NCBI GenBank assembly: GCA_039683575.1
Contig: JBDKRC010000311.1
Coordinates: forward strand, 1 to 15,790
Source: Armatimonadia bacterium
GTDB lineage: Bacteria; Armatimonadota; Zipacnadia; Zipacnadales; UBA11051
Reading direction: 5' to 3'
Length of the DNA stretch: 15,790 nucleotides
Made by a program: the position numbers and the translations under genes. Shown here piece after piece: positions 1 through 6,716 of the stretch (position 1 is the stretch's first letter; every line of letters begins with the position of its first letter). The notes below the pieces were generated by a model, which saw only the letters and a program-made list of their open reading frames with translations, searched no databases and was not told where the DNA came from.

Positions 1-501
1 GGTGTGCATTACCTGGCACTGATCCACGAGGCGCTGCGGCAGCGAGCGCTGGCCGCGGCGGTGGAGCGGATCACGGGGGCGCAGCGACTGTCGGGGCACT
101 ACTTCTACCTCGGCGGCCCGGACGGGGAGTTCCGTGGACTGGAGACCTGCGGCACGCGGCACCTGCCAGTGGGGTTGCAGGGGGGCTTCTATGTGCACAC
201 CAACCACTATCGCGATAGGGAATTGGCGGAGCAAGTCGGGGAAGTCACGCCGAGCGAGAATTCGGTGGGGCGGCAGGAGCGTATGGAGACGCTGGCGCGG
301 GGCCTGACGGCTGGCGCCACCGCCACAGATATTTCACAATTACTCCAGAATCACGAGGGTGAGCACGTGATTTGCCGCCATGCCCAGGGGCCGACGGACG
401 CGGCCACGCTGGGAGCGGCGGTGATGTGTCCGGAGAACAGAGAGATGCTGGTCGGGGTAGGAAACCCTTGCACCAGCGAGTTCAGGGCGTTCAGCGTGTA
501 G
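1..501 (+). CDS. C45 family (AAT, Ntn-hydrolase) peptidase/acyltransferase, 3' part only
   Basis: Frame is open from base 1 to TAG at 499-501. HTNHY, S-x-x-R-x-x-R, ICRH and the C-terminal 'MLVGVGNPC' are typical of the C45/AAT beta subunit. The N-terminus lies outside the window. Confidence 0.75.
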   Translation, partial: GVHYLALIHEALRQRALAAAVERITGAQRLSGHYFYLGGPDGEFRGLETCGTRHLPVGLQGGFYVHTNHYRDRELAEQVGEVTPSENSVGRQERMETLARGLTAGATATDISQLLQNHEGEHVICRHAQGPTDAATLGAAVMCPENREMLVGVGNPCTSEFRAFSV

Positions 502-580
502 CTCAGGGGACCTACGAGAAACCTTAACGTTGCATCAGGAAAAGTATTATGAAGTTATCATTCTCAACCGCCCGAGGGCT

Positions 581-601
581 GTTTCCACAGGGTTTTCCAC
601 A
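581..601 (+). promoter_or_regulatory. Tandem DnaA-box-like 9-mers next to an AT-rich tract
   Basis: TTTTCCACA (593-601) matches TTWTNCACA exactly and GTTTCCACA (581-589) has one mismatch. Bases 518-567 are 34/50 A+T. Confidence 0.5.
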
Positions 602-726
602 TTTATCGGCAGTTGACCCGCCCCGAACGCGATTCTTGCCTTAACACTCCGGTCACGCCACTGCCGCGCTTCCAGCCCCCGTCGTTTCAACTCGCGTCCG
701 CCGCCGCAATCCTCCCCCTGGCCATA

Positions 727-1875
727 TCAACTGGCTTCTTCAGGACAAAGTGCGGCCAAAATGTGTCCCATTGGTGGCGGACACCCCGCAACGTCGGGGC
801 GGCAGTCCCGTCCCTCCGCAGCACACTTCCCTATGAGCAAATCCGCCTCGGTCGTGGGGCCCGGCCCGATGAGCAACCGCCGGAAGGCCGGCTCGCGTCC
901 CGACCGCTGGACCTGCTCCAGCGCCTGAAACAGGTTCTGCATGCAGCAACTGCAGGCTTTGGCGCTATGGATGGTGAGGCCCGGGAAGCTGGCGGCCAGC
1001 GCCTCGTGTGGCAGCAGGAAATGGCGGGCATGGTCGGCCACCCTCTCCCCTACGACCTCGATCTGCTCCGGGTCAGCCACGCCCACGCCCGCCGCCGCAG
1101 CCTCCTGGATCAGCCGCACGCTCTCTGGAGCGATCTCCATCAACTGGCAGGCGACCACATCGAGCGCAACGGGGTCTGCTGAGGCCAGGAGCAGGCCCAT
1201 TTCGACCGGCGTGGCACTGCTGGGGCCCAGCCCTTCAAAGGCTCCCATGGCGTCACAGAGCGTCACAGTGACGCGGGGAGAGATGATCTGGTTGACCACC
1301 GCGAGCGCGCGGTTGAGGTCGCACTCGTGCAGACGCCGCTTGTCTATTGGCCGCAGGCAGCCCTTCACGTTCTTGAGCGCGATGGTGATGAGCGTGTTGA
1401 AGTGGGTCTTCATCACCGGCAAGTTGATGACGACATCATGCTCGTACAGGTGGCGGGAAACGCCGAGCGTGTCGGGCGTGTGGGGGGAGTCCAGGTGATG
1501 AAGCTCGTACTCGTCCGCGTGGAAGTTGGCCGGCGTGGCGCCACTGGCCTCGCAGGCGGCGAAGACGCCGGCCTGCTCGAAGTAGGTGTCAATGTTCTCC
1601 TGGCCCCAGTGGGGGCCGTCGCCGAGGGTCACCTGACTCGCGCCACAGGCGAAGGCCCACTTGCAGGCGGCCTCCATCAGCAGTGGTGAGGTGTGGCCGT
1701 TGCCGCCGTGCAGGTTGGGCTTGACCAGCACCCGGTCACCCTCGTGCACGCAATCGCCGCTGCCGCACAAACGCAGGACCTGGTCTACGCTTGCGACCAG
1801 GTCCTCCTGTGCTCTCACAACCCCAACCACGGCTTTCGCCGCGATATTGCTCACTGGCTCTGCTGTCGCTGCCAT
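727..1875 (-). CDS. DUF362 domain protein with C-terminal Cys motifs (probable Fe-S protein)
   Basis: VLVKPN, VINLPVMKTH, TIALKNVKG, EGLGP and DPVALD are DUF362 signatures. C-terminal CSCC, GKCA and GCPP motifs. Confidence 0.85.
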   Translation of the reverse strand: MAATAEPVSNIAAKAVVGVVRAQEDLVASVDQVLRLCGSGDCVHEGDRVLVKPNLHGGNGHTSPLLMEAACKWAFACGASQVTLGDGPHWGQENIDTYFEQAGVFAACEASGATPANFHADEYELHHLDSPHTPDTLGVSRHLYEHDVVINLPVMKTHFNTLITIALKNVKGCLRPIDKRRLHECDLNRALAVVNQIISPRVTVTLCDAMGAFEGLGPSSATPVEMGLLLASADPVALDVVACQLMEIAPESVRLIQEAAAAGVGVADPEQIEVVGERVADHARHFLLPHEALAASFPGLTIHSAKACSCCMQNLFQALEQVQRSGREPAFRRLLIGPGPTTEADLLIGKCAAEGRDCRPDVAGCPPPMGHILAALCPEEAS

Positions 1876-2750
1876 TGGTTGATCACATCCTGCAAGGTGT
1901 ACCGCATCGCGAAACCCAGTTCGTCGCGGCTGCGGCGGTTGTCGTATGTGTGGGTAAAGGACGGAGGCTCAAAGCCCAGGCCCGCGAAGCAGTCGGCGGC
2001 ACCGGGGTAGTACTTGTCCCAGGCTGCCAGCGGGTCATGCCGGCAAAGCTCCGCATCAGCAGCCGTGAACGGCAGCGAGAGCCCAACCAGGAAGCGCTCG
2101 AAGCCTGTCTGCGGCCTTTGCAGGGCGTTTTCGAGCAGGTGGCCGAGGTCGGCGGGGTTGAAGAGCTTGGCAGCGGGGTTGGTGAACCGTCCCGCGATTG
2201 AGGCCAGATCGGCTGTAGGCCAGTCCGCCTGCCCGGTGGCGTCGAAGTCGGGGTGGCGGAGGTAGCCGCAGGCCCGCAGCACCGTGACCGAGAGCCTGTG
2301 CTTGCGGCTGTAGTATTCGGCGGTGACTTCCCCCAGGTACTTAGTGAGGCCGTACATGCACACGGGCGTCGGTGGCGTGGCCTCGTTGATCATGAAGGTG
2401 CCCTCTTCGATGCCATGCCCCGTGGCCCAGACGGTGCTGATGTAGATCAGCCGCTGTACCTCTGCCCGCAGGGCCTCCTCGGCCAGCAGGGCGACGGCAG
2501 CGGCGTTGGCCTCGAAGTAGGCGTTGGTGCGGTACTGGTCCTTGGGGAGCAGCGCCGCGAGATGGATGACGGTCTCGACGTCGTCGCACAGGCCGGTGAG
2601 GCTGTCGCGGTCGCAGAGGTCCGCCTGGACGAATTCCAGATCGGTCTCCACGGGACGGGCGTCGGTCACCCTTACGTCATGGTGCGCCGCCAGCCATGGG
2701 GCCAAGTCCCGCCCGAAGTCACCTGCGGCCCCAGTGATAAGGATTCTCAT
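1851..2750 (-). CDS. NAD-dependent epimerase/dehydratase (extended SDR)
   Basis: MRILITGAAGDFG Rossmann motif, VIHLAA, YxxxK (YGLTK). ATG at 2750 is preceded by GGAGGGTGA. The 3' end overlaps the DUF362 start by 25 bp. Confidence 0.88.
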   Translation of the reverse strand: MRILITGAAGDFGRDLAPWLAAHHDVRVTDARPVETDLEFVQADLCDRDSLTGLCDDVETVIHLAALLPKDQYRTNAYFEANAAAVALLAEEALRAEVQRLIYISTVWATGHGIEEGTFMINEATPPTPVCMYGLTKYLGEVTAEYYSRKHRLSVTVLRACGYLRHPDFDATGQADWPTADLASIAGRFTNPAAKLFNPADLGHLLENALQRPQTGFERFLVGLSLPFTAADAELCRHDPLAAWDKYYPGAADCFAGLGFEPPSFTHTYDNRRSRDELGFAMRYTLQDVINQWQRQQSQ

Positions 2751-2805
2751 GCAAATCACCCTCCGGTATCATCTTCTACACCGGGGCCTCTCATCCTTCG
2801 CCTGA

Positions 2806-2835
2806 TTGCAATTCCGTGGTGGCGTATGGTAACGT
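2806..2835 (+). promoter_or_regulatory. Putative sigma70 promoter for the ATPase gene
   Basis: TTGCAA (2806-2811) - 18 nt - TAACGT (2830-2835), with an extended TG. Confidence 0.4.
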
Positions 2836-2840
2836 AGGGG

Positions 2841-2926
2841 CAGTTCCGAGAACTGGTGGCGGAATCCTTGCTCACAGGGCCTCTGGGCCGGCTAAAGCCC
2901 GGCCCCTCCGTTAACCGCCCTGTTTT
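2841..2926 (+). promoter_or_regulatory. Structured 5' leader upstream of the ATPase gene
   Basis: CAGTTC-CGA-GAACTG hairpin (2841-2855). ACAGGGC (2874-2880)/GCCCTGT (2917-2923) stem followed by TTT, enclosing GGGCCGG/CCGGCCC (2885-2905). Confidence 0.45.
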
Positions 2927-2945
2927 CGGAAAGCGTGAAACTGTT

Positions 2946-3812
2946 TTGGCCGAGATCTATTCGACAGGTGTTAGCTTTATAGACGAATTGTTGGGCGGCG
3001 GTGTGCAGTCGGGAACCTTGACAGTTGTAAGAGGAGCCACGGGAGTAGGAAAGACGCAGCTTGGCCTGAGCTTCTGCAACGCGGGCCTGGCGCAGGACGG
3101 ACGCCGCGGGTTCGTCATAGACATGGGCTCTCGCGGTGACACCCAGCAGCACGCGGCGTATGCCAAGCGGCTGTTCAATTGGACCCTCGCCGAGGGCAGA
3201 GTGGACCCGGAGCGGCTCTGGGAAGCTGATTTCAGGCCGCTGGAGTACCTCAACCCCTTCGGCTACGTCGGCAAACGGGTGCTGCGGGACGAGATGAATG
3301 ACGAGCAGTGGCGGGCCTGGAAGCTGATGCTGGCCGAGAACCTGCGGCACGTGCTGGCACATTGCTACTACCACTTCATGCACGGCGTCCGGCGCATGGT
3401 AGTCGACGGCATCGAGCCCTTCGCGGTGGCGCGGCAGTCGGCGCAGATCGAGCTTTTCGAGTATATCCTGCACCAGATCGTCCGCAAGCCCTACGATTGG
3501 GCGGCGCGGGACCTGTTTCAGGGGCGGTGGCAGGAAGTGAAGGAGCAGGTCATGGCCCACCCGTATGAGGTGGAAGACCTGGCGACGATGTTCCTGCAGA
3601 CCACGCCGGAGACCGAGCTGCACCAGCTTATCGCCGCGCAGACCATGGAAGACGACCTGACGACGAACGCGACGACGATCATCCTGATGGGGCGGCTGCC
3701 GGGGGCGGAACGGGTGGAGCGCGGGGCGTTCGTCCTCAAGCACCGGGGCGCATGGTGCAGTGATGAGATTGTGCGGTTCACGATCACGGGTGAGGGGCTG
3801 AAGAGGCTCTGA
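2946..3812 (+). CDS. RecA-superfamily KaiC/RAD55-like ATPase, single domain
   Basis: STGVSFIDELLGGG N-terminus, Walker A GATGVGKT, Walker B MVVDG, C-terminal KHRG. Start placed at TTG 2946 after GGAAAGCGTGA; the ORF track extends it to 2856. Confidence 0.82.
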   Translation: MAEIYSTGVSFIDELLGGGVQSGTLTVVRGATGVGKTQLGLSFCNAGLAQDGRRGFVIDMGSRGDTQQHAAYAKRLFNWTLAEGRVDPERLWEADFRPLEYLNPFGYVGKRVLRDEMNDEQWRAWKLMLAENLRHVLAHCYYHFMHGVRRMVVDGIEPFAVARQSAQIELFEYILHQIVRKPYDWAARDLFQGRWQEVKEQVMAHPYEVEDLATMFLQTTPETELHQLIAAQTMEDDLTTNATTIILMGRLPGAERVERGAFVLKHRGAWCSDEIVRFTITGEGLKRL

Positions 3813-3816
3813 GGGT

Positions 3817-3898
3817 CGCGTTGGTGGGTTCGTCTCGAACCCACACCGCCGGCCAGCTGAAAGCCATGGAGTGGGTTCGAGACGAACCCACCTACGCG
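3817..3898. repeat. GTAG-type REP doublet (REPIN-like inverted pair)
   Basis: 3817-3844 and the reverse complement of 3871-3898 match at 27/28 nt (CGCGT[T/A]GGTGGGTTCGTCTCGAACCCAC). Each arm is a 9-bp hairpin with a 3-nt loop preceded by GTAG or GTTG. Confidence 0.8.
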
Positions 3899-3914
3899 TG
3901 AAGGTAGAGAGGCT

Positions 3915-4832
3915 ATGGACACTGGGGCGCGGCAGATACGGGTATCGCGGGCGTGGCTGCAGCTTCTCAAGGAGTTGCCGCAGACGGGCCGCGTTATGGT
4001 AGTCGGCGGCAGCGACTCCGGGAAGACTACGCTGTGCCAGTGGCTGCTGAGCAAACTGCCCGCCGAGGCACGTCCCGCGCTGGTAGACAGCGATACGGGG
4101 CAGTCGCAGGTGGGCCCACCGGCCTGTGTGGGTTGGCGGTTTGCCGGAACCTCGCAGAGCCAACTCTTCTTCGTCGGCGATATCACCCCGGCGGCCAACC
4201 CGTCAGGGGTGCTGGCGGCGACGGTGAGAAGCGTTCTGGATGCAGAGACAGCCGGCGCGGGGCTGGTGCTGGTGGATACGAGCGGGTATCTGAGCGGTCG
4301 CGGCGGTTTCGAGTTGAAGAGCGGGAAGCTGGAGCTTCTGTCCACATGCGGCCCGCAGGCCTGCCAGTCACCACTGCAGGTGATAACAGTGGGCGAGAGC
4401 CCGGAGATCAAGCGCCTGTTGGCGGCATGGCACCGGGATGAGCGGCTGGTAGTTCACAGGTTGCCAACGGCCGAGACTATGCAGCAGAAGAGCCGCCCGC
4501 AGCGTATGGAGTGGCGCCGGGCAAAGTTTGCAGAGTATTTTGCGGGAGCGGAGTTGCGGAAGGTCTCGCTGGAGCGCCTGGCCCTGAGCGGCCTGGCGAC
4601 CAGCGGCGAACTGCAGGCCGCGGGGAAGGATTGGAATGATCTGGAGGGCCTGCTGTTAGGCTTCTATGACACGCAGCGGCGAGTGCAGTGCTTGGGCATA
4701 CTCCAGCGACTGGACCTGCGGGGGCGAGAGATGCTGGTGAGGGCACCAGAGACGGCGGAGCAGGCGGTGGGAGTGATGTTCGGGACGCTGCGGGTAACGG
4801 CGGAGGGGCAGGAGATCGGGCGTACTACGTAG
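3915..4832 (+). CDS. Clp1/Grc3/Nol9-family polynucleotide 5'-hydroxyl kinase
   Basis: Walker A VVGGSDSGKTT, Clp1 signature DSDTGQSQVGPP, VLVDTSGY, and C-terminal beta domain 'LLLGFYD...CLGILQRLD'. RBS AGAGAGG. Confidence 0.85.
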   Translation: MDTGARQIRVSRAWLQLLKELPQTGRVMVVGGSDSGKTTLCQWLLSKLPAEARPALVDSDTGQSQVGPPACVGWRFAGTSQSQLFFVGDITPAANPSGVLAATVRSVLDAETAGAGLVLVDTSGYLSGRGGFELKSGKLELLSTCGPQACQSPLQVITVGESPEIKRLLAAWHRDERLVVHRLPTAETMQQKSRPQRMEWRRAKFAEYFAGAELRKVSLERLALSGLATSGELQAAGKDWNDLEGLLLGFYDTQRRVQCLGILQRLDLRGREMLVRAPETAEQAVGVMFGTLRVTAEGQEIGRTT

Positions 4833-4860
4833 TGCCGGGGGGCGAGACGCCCGCACTACG
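4828..4860. repeat. REP-like palindrome overlapping the Clp1 stop codon
   Basis: CGTAGTGC (4828-4835)/GCACTACG (4853-4860) encloses GGGCG-AGA-CGCCC. The minus strand reads GTAGTGCGGGCGTCTCGCCC. Confidence 0.65.
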
Positions 4861-4874
4861 CGGATTGTTGAAAC

Positions 4875-4897
4875 CACGGGCAGGCGGCCCGTGCCAC
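4875..4897 (-). repeat. GTGG-type REP-like palindrome
   Basis: Minus strand GTGG-CACGGGC-CGCCT-GCCCGTG: a tetranucleotide followed by a 7-bp hairpin. Confidence 0.6.
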
Positions 4898-4970
4898 TGG
4901 AAGAACGAGGCGGCGGTGGGGCTGGAACAGGGCGCTCAGCGCCAATCATTCCCCTTCGAGGTCCCCACCA

Positions 4971-5963
4971 ATGTCCAAGCAGATGGTCTCAGACCTGCAG
5001 CCCAACGCCAGTGTTTCGACCTGGTTTGCAGTCATGGAGAAGAGCCTGCAGCCGTTTAAGAACAAGCCCGGGCAGTTCCTGAATGTAACGCTCGGAGACC
5101 GCTCCGGAACGATCATGGGCAGGGCCTGGGACAACGCGGAACAGCTTGCGGAGCTTTGTGTAGTAAATACAGTTATCAAGGTTGAGGGCCGGGTCGACGA
5201 GTACCGTGGCAAGCTGCAGCTCATCATCGAGGACCTGGCACCGTGCGGCGAAGATGAGTACGACAAGGCGGACTTGCTGCGCTGCAGCGAGAAGGACACA
5301 ACCGAGCTGGTCCAACAGCTTCAGGGCTATGTCGAGCAGGTTCAGCAACCGCACCTGAGACAACTTTTGGAGCTCTTCTTCGGCGACGAGGCCTTCCTGC
5401 TGGCCTTCGCGCAGGCTCCCGGAGCCAAGCGGCAGCACCACGCGCATCTGGGCGGCCTGCTGGAGCACACGCTCGGAGTGGTGCGAATCCTGTGCACCCT
5501 GCACGAGATACACCCGCAGCTTGACCGAGACCTGCTCATAACCGGAGCGCTGCTGCACGATGCGGGCAAGCTGGAGGAGTACTCGACGGGTGTGGCCATA
5601 GACTACACGGACATCGGACGGCTGGTCGGACATATTGTGATAACAGACCGCTGGGTACGTGAGCGGATCATGCAGATACCGGACTTTCCACAGGAACTGG
5701 ACAACAAGCTCAACCACCTGCTGCTGAGCCACCACGGCCAGAAGGAGTATGGGGCGCCCGTGCTGCCCATGACCGCGGAGGCCACGGCTCTACATTATGC
5801 GGATAATTTGGACGCCCACGTCCAGTGCTTTATCCAAGCCATAGAAGAAGGAGGGGTCACAGGCAATAAGTGGACGGAGTACCAGAGGATGTTTGACCGG
5901 TACTTCTACATTGGGTCTCAGCCGGCACAGGGAGCGGATGAGACGGGCGGTAGCGACAGCTAA
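4971..5963 (+). CDS. yhaM: YhaM/Cbf1-family 3'-5' exoribonuclease (OB fold + HD domain)
   Basis: N-terminal OB fold (LNVTLGDRSGTI...KVEGRVDEYRGKLQL); APGAKRQHHAHLGGLLEHT, GALLHDAGK, GHI, SHHGQKEYGAP and ADNLDA motifs. Confidence 0.9.
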   Translation: MSKQMVSDLQPNASVSTWFAVMEKSLQPFKNKPGQFLNVTLGDRSGTIMGRAWDNAEQLAELCVVNTVIKVEGRVDEYRGKLQLIIEDLAPCGEDEYDKADLLRCSEKDTTELVQQLQGYVEQVQQPHLRQLLELFFGDEAFLLAFAQAPGAKRQHHAHLGGLLEHTLGVVRILCTLHEIHPQLDRDLLITGALLHDAGKLEEYSTGVAIDYTDIGRLVGHIVITDRWVRERIMQIPDFPQELDNKLNHLLLSHHGQKEYGAPVLPMTAEATALHYADNLDAHVQCFIQAIEEGGVTGNKWTEYQRMFDRYFYIGSQPAQGADETGGSDS

Positions 5964-6060
5964 CCGCAGCGGTAGGGAAATACCCTACCAGGACCTTCGA
6001 GAAGCCCTATACGGGCACGAAAGAAACCTGAAAAATAGTGGATGGATGGATGAAGGGGTG

Positions 6061-6088
6061 GTGAACATCAACACCGGAACCGCGTCTA
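6061..6088 (+). promoter_or_regulatory. Putative ECF-sigma-dependent (autoregulatory) promoter
   Basis: GTGAAC (6061-6066) - 16 nt - CGTCTA (6083-6088) fits the AAC-N16-CGT pattern of SigW/SigX/SigM-type promoters and lies directly before the sigma gene ATGs. Confidence 0.6.
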
Positions 6089-6090
6089 CA

Positions 6091-6714
6091 ATGATGATGG
6101 GCAGATATGATATCCGCCCGCAGCAAGTCGAGGAATTGGTCGAGAGATCGAAACAGGGTCATACCCTGGCGTTCGACCAACTCGTGAACCTGTACAAAGA
6201 TCGCATCTATAACTATGTAGCTCGCATGGTGCACGATCCCGTCGAGGCCGAGGACATCGCGCAGGAAGCGTTCGTCAAGGCGTACCGCAACCTGCCGTCA
6301 TTTCGAGGGGCTTCCACCTTCCAGACGTGGCTCTACCGCATCGCGAGCAATTTGACAATTGACTCCGTCCGCAGACGCCGCCGACGGGAGAATACCTGCT
6401 CGCTGGATGCCCCGCTGGATACCGATGAGGGCCAGATGGCGCGAGAGCAGGAAGATGCCTCCACGCCAGGTCCCGTTCGGGACCTCGAGACGGCGGAATT
6501 GCAGCGGCAGGTGCACCGCGCGATTACGCAGCTTTCACCAAAGCTACGCAGCGTGGTAGTGCTCTACGAACTGCAGGGGCTCAGTTACGAGGAGATAGCC
6601 GATATCCTCGGCTGCCCCCTCGGAACGGTAAAGAGCCGCCTGTTCAATGCCCGGATGGAGCTCAGGCAAAGACTACAGGATATCTTGCCAGAGTTCAACG
6701 GAGGAACCATCTGA
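6091..6714 (+). CDS. ECF RNA polymerase sigma factor (RpoE/SigW-like)
   Basis: Region 2 AEDIAQEAFVKAYRNL...FQTWLYRIASN; region 4 GLSYEEIADILGCPLGTVKSRLFNAR. Start is one of ATG 6091/6094/6097, or alternatively 6046. Confidence 0.92.
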   Translation: MMMGRYDIRPQQVEELVERSKQGHTLAFDQLVNLYKDRIYNYVARMVHDPVEAEDIAQEAFVKAYRNLPSFRGASTFQTWLYRIASNLTIDSVRRRRRRENTCSLDAPLDTDEGQMAREQEDASTPGPVRDLETAELQRQVHRAITQLSPKLRSVVVLYELQGLSYEEIADILGCPLGTVKSRLFNARMELRQRLQDILPEFNGGTI

Positions 6715-6716
6715 GC

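Noticed and set aside
530-557. Possible dif site (TTATG half-site after AAAGTA)
   Set aside because: The right arm TTATGAAGTTA only partly matches XerD arms, and the left arm lacks the XerC pattern.
2841-2855. Possible LexA box (GTTC-N3-GAAC)
   Set aside because: Orientation and spacing do not fit the Gram-positive GAAC-N4-GTTC box; better explained as a leader hairpin.
2946-3812. Calling the ATPase recA or circadian kaiC
   Set aside because: It is a single domain without RecA signature motifs or the duplicated KaiC architecture, and there is no kaiA/kaiB nearby.
3817-3898. Possible CRISPR mini-array
   Set aside because: The two units are inverted rather than direct repeats, and there are no cas genes; a REP doublet fits better.
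2892-4163. 423-aa antisense ORF over the ATPase and Clp1 genes
   Set aside because: Shadow ORF typical of high-GC coding DNA. It has no recognisable motif and runs through a REP element.
5893-6045. Long N-terminal extension of the ECF sigma
   Set aside because: It overlaps the yhaM 3' end, has no RBS, and sigma homology begins much later.
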